DNA of 64,000 nt, from assembly GCF_009914755.1 (NCBI RefSeq), contig NC_060937.1. One strand, written 5' to 3'. Both the position numbers and the translations under genes were made by a program. A model generated the notes under the pieces. The model was not told the origin of the DNA, made no database searches, and saw nothing but the letters and a program-made list of their open reading frames with translations. The DNA is from the human T2T-CHM13v2.0 reference genome, Homo sapiens. This document shows, in pieces, positions 30,649 to 47,249 of this stretch (position 1 is its first letter; the number at the start of each line of letters is the position of its first letter).

Positions 30649-33469
30649 AAACAAGAAGGACTTGTTTTGCGATATATTTTTAGGGAATTACATTTTAAGT
30701 TTATGTTTAGGGCACTAAACATAAGTTTAGATTGTAATGAATTCATTAACATGCCTGCACTATCCAGAGATTCTGATTTTTGAAACCTGTACTTGATGGG
30801 GGCCAATGGAAAATGAAGGTGAAATGCTAGATATGTGTTTGGTTTTATTTTGCAATACATAAGAATTTATCCTAAGTACTGCGAAAGTGGAAATTATAAA
30901 GTTATTCACACATTCCCTCATTATGGCCCTGAAGGAGAACCACAAAAGCCTTGTTTCACCAAAACACAAAGAAGGACATTGGTGAGGAAAAGGTCAGTTT
31001 ATTTGAAAAGTACTCTGTTGGCTATTCATCTGCAGGCCAGAGATGATTCTGCGATGGAAGTGGGTTCCCAGTTTCAATAGGGAAGATAAGATATGTGGGT
31101 AGTACAATCCAAGTAGCTGTAATTGACCTTCAAAGGTAAGGTAGGAATAGTAGCAGTAATTGACTGTCAAGGTGGGAATTAGAATAGTTTAAGCTGCAGA
31201 GATTTTTGATTGCCGATAATTATTTATGGCATCCTCATGACTAAAATATAAAGAAAGTTTATGAAAGTCTCACGAGATCTGTGAAATCAAACTAATTTGA
31301 TTCTGTTAAACAGAGATTTTGCTTAGGTCAATGCAGTATATAAAAATCTAGACCTAAACCAGTAACAAAGAACCTTGAAATAAATGAAGGCCCGATACTA
31401 GTAAGAAAGAACTCTGCAACAAATGCACAAGTATATACGGTATATCTTTCTTCTACTATTTCTGAATAATCTAAATGTACACTGAATAAAGGGAAGTGGA
31501 GAGAAATTTTAGATATAATTGATATTGAACTGGGTTGATGTCAATACCTTGATTAAAAACAGTACTATTATGTGATACTGGTCAGAGCTGCAGCTTTGTA
31601 GAGGATCACAAGATAAATACATTCTGGCCATAGTTTTTCTTGTGGTAGAAACATTCCCCCACACTTCTATTGCATAGCATTGCATAAAATGGATGTTTGC
31701 CATATGTATATGAATTTTAATGTGAGCAAACAATTTACAATTTGTTTATGAAAAAAACATCTTCATTGTGTTCACTTTTATATGATTTATGGTTCCCTTG
31801 ACTTCTCACGTGGAATAGAAGTTGATTAGGGAGATAAGCAATAGATTTTATTTCCTGTACTATCTCTTTCTCTACATTAGCTCAAAGATAAATTTATAGT
31901 AGGCTCTTTCGCATTAATCATTTGCTGATTACAGAAGAGGTAAATAAATATTCAGAAATAGCATATTTGATCCAAATATTATTGTTAATTCAACTTGAAT
32001 AAAAGTGATTAGGAGAAATTCCTATAGAAAAAAATTAATATTCAATAAATTAAGATCATGGCTGCCTATTAACAATTCAACTTTGATTACATAAGTATAA
32101 CTTAATATATCTATGACGTAAACCAAGTGATTATGTTAATAAAATGTCAAAATCAAATTCATCATGAAATCAAAATAGAAAATTGTAGCCTATTGATTTC
32201 TAAATACCATTTATCTACAAAATATAAGTTAATGTCATTTATTTAAGGGAAATGAATATTTAGTTTATAAGTAGCTGTCTCCACAACTTGTAATTTACAA
32301 ATTATTACTGGAAAGAAACACTTTTCCTGTCAGCCACACACTCAGATCAAATGTTTTAATCCTGCCCTTTTCTGCCTTGTTCTGTGCCCTGAGAAACTTC
32401 CCTCTGTGGACTGCTCAGTGTGGTCTTTCCTCCCTTTTACATTCAAGTTGAGTATATTTGATAAGAATCAAAGATTATCAGAAGAAATAGATCATATGTA
32501 AGTTGAGAATATTTTTTATTTATTACTCATTACAAGCGATCAGTTTTAGCATGATAGATATATGCTAGTCTTAAGTTCACTAGCAAAGGGGAATAGACTG
32601 CATAAATGAAATGAGCATGGTCAAAATAAATTTAATAGTTGGTGCAGTATAATGGAAAGTAAATAAAGGAGATCAAAAAAAGAAGATGCAATTTCAGTGT
32701 CCCTATAAACTTGTCTCACACTTACTGAGAGTTTACAATAGTGGGTAGGAAGTGATTAATTTTATCATCTTAAAGCAACACCTTTTCTATTGTTAATCGA
32801 AAGACCTTCTGAGACAGTGACTAGCTAAGGGCAGTAACAGTAAAGATCTGTTTCAGATAGTTAGAAAAGAAAATAGAGGTGAACACACACATACACAAAT
32901 AGAAGCAAGGAAACGATGACAAGAAAGAAATTAATGAAACAAAAAAATGCATATGTAGTAGCAAAAACGTCAAAATTTAGTTTTTAACAAGACTAATACA
33001 TTGATAAATCCTAGGAAGGGGGTAAAAAGGAAAAAACAGAAAGGGAAAAAAAGACAAAATCAGAATTAAAGAATTCTGCAGGATCTATTCTGCTGCCATA
33101 GATTCTGCAGAAATCTAAGAATGATAATTTAGTGACAAAATTTACCAACTAAGTTGATGTGTTTTATAAAAAAAAAAAAAAAAGTGCCTGAAAAACACAG
33201 CACAACTGACAGGAGAAGATACATAAAAATTCTGAAAAGTACTGCATCTATAAAATTATTTTAATCTGCTATTAAAAGCCTTTCCAGAAGAAAACTTCAT
33301 GCCCAAATGATCTCACCATGAAAAAACTACCAAATAATTAAGGAAAAAAATAGCAAATCTTTAAATGATATTTGCCAGAGTTAAATAAGGAAAAAAATGC
33401 TTCCATACTCAGTATGAACAATATAATCCTGACAGAAAAGGAATAGAAAAATACTAAAAGAAAAAAATG

Positions 33470-34095
<626 letters not shown>

Positions 34096-34370
34096 TAAAA
34101 CACAGTGCAACTAAATGAAATTCTAAAAATATGTTTTACAATATCCATCAATAGATTAAAAACAAAAAATAATGCATCACATACAGTTAGGATATCCTTC
34201 AGGAATGTAAATAGCTTAATATTTTTAAAACTTTTTGGCAATTCTGAAAATTCCTTCTAGAACAAGGAAGATAAAGCTATTACCTAATATTACGTTAAAA
34301 ACCATTGAATAAAGCTTATTCATTACACAAAACTGCTAGAAAGTTGAATACTAAAGAGATTTCTTACACT

Positions 34371-34588
34371 AGAAAAGGCAAACTATGGCCCACAGGAAAA
34401 ATGTAACCCATTCTTGTTTTCTAAATAAAGTTACATAGGAACATGGCCACAGTTATTCATTTGATTATTATTTCTGATAGCTTTTGTCCTGAACTGACAG
34501 AGTTTCATAGTAATGACAGAGATTATGCTCTGCAGGTCTAAAGATACATACACCCGACTCTTCATAGAAAACATTTGTTACTCCCTCA
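34371..34588 (+). mobile_element. MER58A-like hAT-Charlie MITE
   Basis: ggcaaactatggcccacagg...aataaagt...ggaaca...tagtaatgacagaga...agaaaacatttg. Confidence 0.7.
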
Positions 34589-35573
34589 CCTACAGTAAAA
34601 TGTCTAAAATTTCTCAGCGAGTTTGGAATAATAAAGCTAGCTGCTACTCTCTTCCCTATTTTATTAGAAGATGTAGCCAGTACACTAAGACGAGAAAATA
34701 CAATCATGGGTATAAAGATTGGAAAGGAATAAATAAAAACGCCATTATTCATAGATGGCATTGTGTACCAATAGTATAACTATTGCATACACTAGTGTAT
34801 TTAATAAGTAAATGTATCAAGGCCATTGGATAAAGATCAGTATAAAAAATAAACTTTATTTCTAAACTCCAGTAAGAAAATATTAGATGTGAAGGTTTAA
34901 AAACTCTATAGTGTTCATTATATTAAAGAAATTTAATCACATAGAAATAGTTCTACTAAAATATATACCAGATATTTGCACATAGAAACATAATATTATT
35001 GAGATACAATATAATAGATTTCAATAAATTGAAGTGTATACCATGTTTGTGTATTTGAATGCTCAATATAAAAATTCCTGTCTCCCAAATTGATCTATAG
35101 ATTCAATGGAATCTCAACAAATGGAATATTTTAAGGGAGGATATATGGTAGCAGTTTGACAAAGTTGCACTAAAATGCACCTGAAAATGCTAAGAAACCA
35201 AGATACTGAAGAAAATCTTGTAAAAAATCTTTTAAAAAGGGTGGATGGCTATACCACCATATTCATTATATAGCTAATGAGATATATAAATCATTTTATG
35301 AAGAAGTTTATTTAACTTGTTGAAAGCCTTTGAAGAAAATCTAAATTAATTAGAACATCTCAATATTTTTACCAGAGTAAGTCTCTATATCATGCACATG
35401 TCTATTTTTTCCCAACAGGAAGTTTCATAAAACTCAAAGTCAATTCTAAAACATACATCGAAAAGCAAATCCCCCCAAGCAACCAAGACACTTTAAAATA
35501 AAAGGAAGTAGAGCAAATGTCTGGCTGGTTTCTATCTGTATCACGAAACAATTTAATTAAGACAGAGCGGCGA

Positions 35574-36090
35574 TGAGGTTCAGGACCTCCTACCCCATAC
35601 AGCACATTGGCATTTGAGAAAACAACAGAATCAGAAAGGCTGCCCTTTGACTTTCTCTGGCCTTTTTCTCTTAAAGCAGGACATAAAACCTAGGAAAGAT
35701 TTTCCAGCTTTCCCTAGAAGCAGGTCATAAGACCCTCATTGGAGGGGTATCCTCTATACCAAGAGGAAAGGAGCACCCTTATCTCTGAGGACACAAGAAT
35801 ACAAAGTAGAATCTGACCAAACAGATCTTGCTAAGTTCCCCCCAGTTTATTGACATTAAATCATACATTTTGTCCAATCATATTTCTCTGATGTCCACTC
35901 TTTGTAAAACCTGTAAAAAATCTACAGGTTTACCCATTTCTTTGGGCCTTCATTTCCTTATGAAGACTCTCAAGTCATGTAAATTTTCTATGAAATATAT
36001 CCATATGCTTTTTCTTATTAATTGTCTTCTGTTATACGGGCTTCTGTGAACTTAGGACGGGTGAGGTAAAGATATTTTTTCAACCCTTCA
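35574..36090 (+). mobile_element. MER39-like solo LTR
   Basis: tgaggttcaggac...ttggcatttgagaaaacaacaga...gcaggtcataagaccctcatt...gggtgaggtaaagatatttttt...cccttca. Confidence 0.75.
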
Positions 36091-37384
36091 GAAAGATATT
36101 TTTTTTCTTGTCCTTCGTGTTAGGGCAAGGTTAGAGCGGTAGATCAATGGTACTGAATAGAAAAGCCAGATACATAAATGGATATAAAGATAGATAAATA
36201 GACATAAAGATTATAACAAAGAGAAAAATCTAACATCATGAGGAAAGAGTAGTCTTCTTAATTCCTCTGATTCAATTGGGTATCCATGTAGAAAGAAAAA
36301 TATAAAAATTGACCCTACTCATACCATAAAATATTAAATTGAGTTGAATTGCAGACACAAATGGAAAAAGTTAAAAGAGAAAAAATAAAATAATACATTT
36401 GAGAACATTCTCATGAACTTGTGGGAAAAGATTTTAAGGTGTTTACCCAAACCTCTAAGCATAAAATAAATTACTCATTTATTCATTTAGATACATTAAA
36501 TTAGGGACTTCTGTTTCTCAATAGGAAATACTAAGAAAATAAACTGTGTAACAGAGGGAGAAAAATATTTACAAAAATTATACATAATATAAATTTTACA
36601 TTTACAATGAATAAAAGACTTTCATATAAATAAGAACAAGATAGATAACCCAATAAAATTAAAAGTACAAAAAACATGAACAGGCACATCACAAATGAAG
36701 GTATCCAAGAGGCCAACATTTGAAAACATGCTGATTTCTATTATTCATCAAGGAAGTGTAAAATAAAAATTGGGGAATATCACTACTCACCTACAATCAT
36801 AGTTAAATTTCAAGATTTTCTACTGGTAGAAGTGTAAATATTTTCAAAACCTGTGAAAAACATTTTGACCACAGCTACTAAATTTGACCCTGTTCTTTAC
36901 CTGTTACTCAACAAATCCCTGCTGGAATAATAAAACATATATACAAGAATGTTCATAGAAGAACCATCTATAATAGTAAAAAACCAAAAAAATCACCTAG
37001 ATGGCCAACAGTATATTAGTAAATATATTTACTACTGAATAGTGGATGGTTTATACAGCAATAAAAATGATTTAACTACCGTTGCACAAATAACAGGGAT
37101 GAATCTCAAAAGTATAATGTTGCAAGAAAAATGCCAGAATATACAGTTTGTACCAAATGACTCCATTTTTATAAATTTCAATAACAAACATACTTATTTA
37201 TAATTTTAGAATTTGGGGTCATGGTTCCCTCTGGAGAAGGGGTAGCAATTGAGGGAGTTTCTGAGAGGTTCTGCTAAAACCATGTGGTAGTTTATGTTAA
37301 TTCATCCAGCTGTATACTATCATATTACTGTGCTTTTCCAAGAAAACAAGAAGAAAATTCACCATTATCGATATAAAATAAACT

Positions 37385-37560
37385 TGCAGTTAAGGATGCA
37401 GATTCCGGATGCACAATGTTTTGATTTGCATCAAGAATCTGCCACTTACTACCTGGATAATCATAAACAATTTACTTCCTTCTCCATTCTTCAACTCCCG
37501 TTCATCATTTGTAAAATAAAGGTAATATAATTCCCACCGGTTTTGAAAGTTTTATGAGTA
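37385..37560 (+). mobile_element. MIR
   Basis: tctgccacttactacc...catttgtaaaataaaggtaat. Confidence 0.6.
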
Positions 37561-37621
37561 AGTGCGTATGGTATTTTCTCAATGTTTATATTCTTCCAAA
37601 ATTCATATGTTGAAATATAAC

Positions 37622-37940
37622 AGCTGGTGGTGGTGGTTCATGCCTGTAATTCTGGTACTTTGGGAGGCCGAGGCAGGCAGATCACCTGAGGTCAGGAGTT
37701 TGAGACCAGCCTGGCTAACGTAATGAAACCCCGTGTCTACTATAAAAATACACAAATTAGCCGGGCGTGGTGGCGGAGCCTGTACTCCCAACTACTGGAG
37801 AGGCTGAGGTGGGAGAATCCCTTGGATCCGGGAAGCGGAGGTTGCAGTGAGCCTAGATAGCGACACTGCACTCCAGCCTAGGCGACACAGTGAGACTCCG
37901 TCTCAAAAAAAAAAAAATAAAGGAAAAGAAAAGCAAAAAG
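37622..37940 (+). mobile_element. AluSx-like
   Basis: Full dimer with A-rich tail; TSD gaaa(ta/ct)taac. Confidence 0.93.
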
Positions 37941-38200
37941 AAACTTAACCATCAATGTGACAGTATTAAGATGTAGGGTCATTAGGAGGCAATTAAGTCA
38001 TGAGGATCCAGCCCTCATGGATGGGATTAGTGCTTTCATAAAGGAGACCCTAGAGATATGATTTGTCCCTTTCACTGTGTGAGGACGGAAAGAAGATTCC
38101 ATTTATGAACCAGGAAGAAGGTCCCTACCAGATTGTGAAGTTGGGGGTGCCTTGATCTTGAGCATCAAGACTCCAGACCTGCAAGAAAAAATTTTTGCTC

Positions 38201-38700
38201 TTTTTTTTTTTTTTTTATTATACTCTAAGTTTTAGGGTACATGTGCACATTGTGCAAGTTAGTTACATATGTATACATGTGCCATGCTGGTGCGCTGCAC
38301 CCACTAACGTGTCATCTAGCATTAGGTATATCTCCCAATGCTATCCCTCCCCCCTCCCCTCACCCCACCACAGACCCCAGAGTGTGATATTCCCCTTCCT
38401 GTGTCCATGTGATCTCATTGTTCAATTCCCACCTATGAGTGAGAATATGCGGTGTTTGGTTTTTTGTTCTTGCGATAGTTTACTGAGAATGATGGTTTCC
38501 AATTTCATCCATGTCCCTACAAAGGACATGAACTCATCATTTTTTATGGCTGCATAGTATTCCATGGTGTATATGTGCCACATTTTCTTAATCCAGTCTA
38601 TCATTGTTGGACATTTGGGTTGGTTCCAAGTCTTTGCTATTGTGAATAGTGCCGCAATAAACATACGTGTGCATGTGTCTTTATAGCAGCATGATTTATA
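38201..38700 (-). mobile_element. 5'-truncated L1HS, pre-Ta subfamily (about 500 bp)
   Basis: Reverse complement reads gctagatgacACGttagtggg and cctaaaacttaGagtataata; TSD gctcttt (38197-38203 / 38701-38707). Confidence 0.92.
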
Positions 38701-39108
38701 GCTCTTTATAAGCCACCCAGGTAATAGTATTTTGTTACAGCAGCCCAAATAGACTAAGACAACACGTAAAGCCTCAGAACAGTGCCTACCACATATAAAG
38801 CTCTAAAGAACTGTCAAATATTGCTGTTTATTAAGACTCAACTCTAATCATGGAATAATTGTTTTGAGCAAGGCTTTGTAGGAAAGCTGATTGGTTTAGA
38901 TTTCTTCTCCATATGGATTCGTGGAAGTTGAACAATGGAAGATGTAGGCAGGGGTGTTGTTTACGGTATTAACAGCATTAGGAAAAAGGGGCCAGTGAAA
39001 CGCTGTTCCTGTTCTTACGGGCAGAAGGGGGAAAATATGAGATAATCTTTGAAAGATTGGAAGCATTTGATTCATCCAATCCAACATAGCTCCTCAGAAC
39101 CTCCTAAA

Positions 39109-39614
<506 letters not shown>

Positions 39615-41802
39615 CGTGTAATTGTTTTGTCAAATGCATAATCTGTATCATGTTTATTTATTTGTTTAAAGCTAGCTGTACAAAGTGTGGAGCTGTGTAT
39701 AGTTAGGGAAGAAAAAAAGAGGTCAGATTTTTGCCTATTTCGCCAATGACTCACCATTCTTATCTCCAGCCACCTGCAGAGTCCTAGAGCTCCTGAGAAA
39801 GTATGAATGCTCGTGAATACCCTCTCTCTTAATGGGAGATGATTCTAGTCTTGAAGAAAAAGTTGTGGGAGCTCTTTAATAGGAGCTGGCTATTAAAAAA
39901 CTATACTCTGAATACAAATCTCAGGTTTTACAAGAAAGGGGTAGAAGACATATCTAAATGTATTTGATTGATAAGTTTACTTTTGTGAAACATTACTGAC
40001 AATATGAGAAATTCAATAAGAAACTGAATATTTCTTTCATAGTAAGTTCTGGATGATAATTGAATCCGAATCTGTATCAAGTGTTGATTTATTTTAAATG
40101 AATATTTCACCAATTATTTTAACATGATAAAAACACAATTTAAATATATGTTAACAAAGTTAAAGTGTAAAATATTACTGATCTATTGAAATAAGAACGA
40201 AGGACTTAAGATTTAAAGGGTGACTTCTTATGTCTCCTCAAGAAACTTTAAAATCTGCTCGTATTGTACAGAGAAACTACATTATTACTTGACTTTTTGC
40301 TATCTGTATTGAAAACCATAGAAAGCCTAAATGTAAAATTCATTAATTAGTAAAAATAACCTTTATATTGAATTTTAATTACCACTTTACTAAAGTACAT
40401 TTTCCATTTTATACATTTATTATGGTTAGAGTTTGAGAACAAATTATAAATTGATCAACTTCTTTAAATAATGGGTATTTTGTTACAAATGTAGAAAAAC
40501 AATATTTAATCTAAGTTGTCACATAACACATGACACTCACTTTACCCATATAATAGAGATTCTTATGATTGTTGAGGATGTCTTTTGTAGATGGGATCAA
40601 CACTATGCACGTGTGTGTGTGTGTGTTTCTACGTATGATTGGTGGAATTTATGTTACATGTTGTATCTATAGAGCATGTTGGATGGAATGCTTTTGCAAA
40701 AAATGTTTTAAGTTCCTTAAACAGCACAAATTTAACATAGAATGAAATAGAGGATAGAAATAAGCATGAAATTATACATACTTATTTTGTTGCTCTATGG
40801 ATGCCTATGCCTACTATATCTAGTTTCAACTAAAGCTAAAAGACAAAAAAAAAAAAAAAAACTCACTGAAACTGACAAATAGAATGAGTCAGGTACCTAT
40901 GGAAATTCCAACACAGTGATGGAAAAAAATCAATATGACTAAGATTTGAGTTTTAACAAAACCCCAAGTCAAAGTATTTTATTAGTTCAGTAGAATCAGT
41001 GATCACTTCCATTATCTAAATAACATTTTTTTCTAATTTCTAGACATCTTTATACAAATATTTATATTACTTCTTCCAGTTTATTTGAATGAAAATCTCT
41101 AACCTGATGAAAGGATGGAAATTCACGATAAACTAAAAGGGACAACTTTTGACATATAATAAGATCTGATACACATATATGTGTATGTATAATTATTCAA
41201 AATTTAGATTTTTTTAACAATACTCATAGAATACTATGGTAATGATAAAAATCCTGAAGAGGTTATGAGTGGAATTTGAAAATAGTTCTCTAATTTGCTG
41301 CAGAATTACCTGCCACCACATCACTTTTATCCTAGGCAAAAATCTACTCCTATTCCTAAGATTAGCTGTCCTGTCTAAGATCAAAGGCTTTTGTGAACTA
41401 AAAAATTTATTGATAAATAAGTGATTTCTGAGATCTAGATCAGTAGCACGTGATGATGCAATTCCAAGTTATAGCATTTGACAGTATTTTGCAAAGCTAG
41501 AATAAATAGCTCTAATATATTTCACAGTCTTATTGGATTCATCCCTGTTACTAAATCCCTGCATTTAACTTTTCTGATTAGCACACAACTATTCCATTTC
41601 CTTTTGTTAGATGTCTGTCTGAATGGTTCACAATATGGCTGCCCTCACTTGAAAGCTGACTATCTCATTTATTTTCTTGGTTGTCATCTCTCTACATTTA
41701 CATTTTTGTCCTGCTCCCCAAGCAGACTGGTACATGGAGTGAGTTCACTAATGTTAACCATTGAAATGTAACTGCATATATGGCTATAATTTTAGTATAC
41801 TG

Positions 41803-42259
41803 TGTATGAGTTTCTTAATGCTGTCAGAACAATGTACAAGAATTTGGGTGGCTTAAAACAATTCATTTATTATATATGGTTCTGAATGCTAGAAGGGTGA
41901 AATCAAGGCAGGATGGCCTCTTTCAGAAAGTAGTGAAGAAGAACCTACTTGTTCCATGTTTTTCTCCTAGCTTCTGGAAGCTTCCAGCAATCCATGTTGT
42001 TACTTGGCTCTAGATGCATCACCCTGTTCTTTGCCTCCATCATCACATGACATTCCCTTCCTCTGTTTCTTAGTGTCGCCTCTCTTCTGATATAGACACC
42101 AGTCATATTGAATTAAGGCCTACCTTAATTAAGTATGACCTCATTTTAACCTGATTATACATGCAAAGACTCTATTTGCAAACAAGGTTACAATTGCAAG
42201 TACTAGTGATTAGGACTTCAACATATTTTTGGGGGATATACATAATTCCAGCCAGAACA
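41803..42259 (-). mobile_element. MaLR solo LTR (MLT1B/C-like)
   Basis: gggtggcttaaaacaa...gacaccagtcatattg...gtatgacctcattttaac...ttaggacttcaacatat. Confidence 0.8.
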
Positions 42260-42287
42260 CTATGATTCAAAAACCTAACAAAAACAT

Positions 42288-42602
42288 GGCCAGCCACTGT
42301 GGCTCATGCCTCATGCCTGTAATTCAAGCACTTTGGGAGGCTGAGGCGGGTGGATAACCCGAAGTCAGAAGTTCAAGACCAGCCTGACCAACACGGTAAA
42401 ACCCTGTCTCTACTAAAAATACAAAAAATTACCTGGGCATGGTGGCATGCGCCTATAATCCCAGCTACGTGGGAGACTAGGCAGAAGAATTGCTTGAACT
42501 TGGGAAACAGAGGTTGCAGTGAGCTGAGATTGCACCACTGCACTTCAGCCTGCACAACAAAGTGAGACTCTCTCTCAAAAAAAAAAAAAAGAGAAGAAAA
42601 GA
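42288..42602 (+). mobile_element. AluS-type with a 7-bp internal duplication (ctcatgc x2)
   Basis: Full dimer plus A tail; TSD aaacat. Confidence 0.93.
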
Positions 42603-43372
42603 AACATAATAAGAGCTAATATATGAGCATTTATTATCCATCAGAAATCCTGACATGACATATAATGCATCCCTTACAATAAATATGGAAAATAGTATTA
42701 TTACTATAATTCCTATCTTACAGGTGAATAAAGTGATGTATTAGTATATTTATTGCCTAACATCACAAACATGATAGAGTAAGTTACAAATGCCTGTGAC
42801 TTTAATATTCACATCATTCAAATACCAAAATTTACACATACATCTGAGCTTATGCCAAAATCTAGCCGAGTACTTTTCTAACATAAAGCATGTCTAAAAT
42901 TCATATGTTTAAATCTAATATTAAATTTTATATTATTTAGGTTTAATTATTTGTAGTCACCCCCTTTAAATAACATTGCTTCTGACAATTCCTAATATAA
43001 AAAGCCTATTTTCTATATTGACTATATAGACTGCAGAGAAAGATGTTTTCTCTGGACAGGTAATTCAAAACTGTTAGGGACTGTAAGTAAAAATTTGTGA
43101 ATCTTGGAGCAAAGAAAATATATATAGTTATGTGTGCAATGTGTGCATGATATACAAAAGTGTAGAAAAAGATCTCAAATCCAATTAAGAAAACATACAA
43201 TGTAAAGCACAAAGTGAATACAAGGGTAACATATAGCAATTTATGTACAAGAATATAAATTGCCAGAAATTCAATCTATCACACGTATCAAAAATGAAGC
43301 TCCTTCCAGAATATGTAAAACATGTGAATGCATCTAATGCAAGAGGTTACTTTCTTAAAATCTACAGGCAAC

Positions 43373-43492
43373 GGGGTGTTAAAGTCTCCCATTATTATTG
43401 TGTGGGAGTCTAAGTCTCTTTATAGGTCTCTAAGGACTTGCTTTATGAATCTGGGTGCTCCTGTATTTGGTGCAGATATATTTAGGATAGTT
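43373..43492 (-). mobile_element. Inverted 5' segment of the L1 at 43669-47249 (endonuclease-coding region)
   Basis: Reverse complement aactatcctaaatat...cacccagattcataaagcaagtcc...ggagactttaacacccc; directly follows the 5' TSD. Confidence 0.92.
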
Positions 43493-43668
43493 CTTGCCTA
43501 TCTTACTCACTGCTGTATCCCTCAGTTCTTGGCATAGTGTCTGGACCAAGGGAGAACTTAAATTGTGTTTCTGAATGAACGATTGAAAGACAGGCACTGG
43601 CCATGCCCTTGCAGAGCTTACCGGCTAATGAGAGAGAAAGGTAGGGAACAATCATCACCTCACAGTAC

Positions 43669-47249
<3,581 letters not shown>

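Larger units (their letters stand above)
28240..31580 (+). mobile_element. Highly decayed ERVL-type internal sequence (pieces about 28240-28870 and 30900-31580) hosting several LTR insertions
   Basis: tccaagtagctgtaattgaccttcaaaggtaaggtagg, cacaagtatatacggtatatctttc and ttagatataattgatattgaactgggttgatg resemble the ERVL gag/pro region. Confidence 0.45.
37566..38761 (+). mobile_element. MLT1A0-like LTR carrying an Alu and an L1HS insertion
   Basis: ccaaaattcatatgttgaaa | ...gtcatgagg...gggattagtg...ccttgatcttg | ...ataagccacccag...gactaagaca. Confidence 0.85.
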
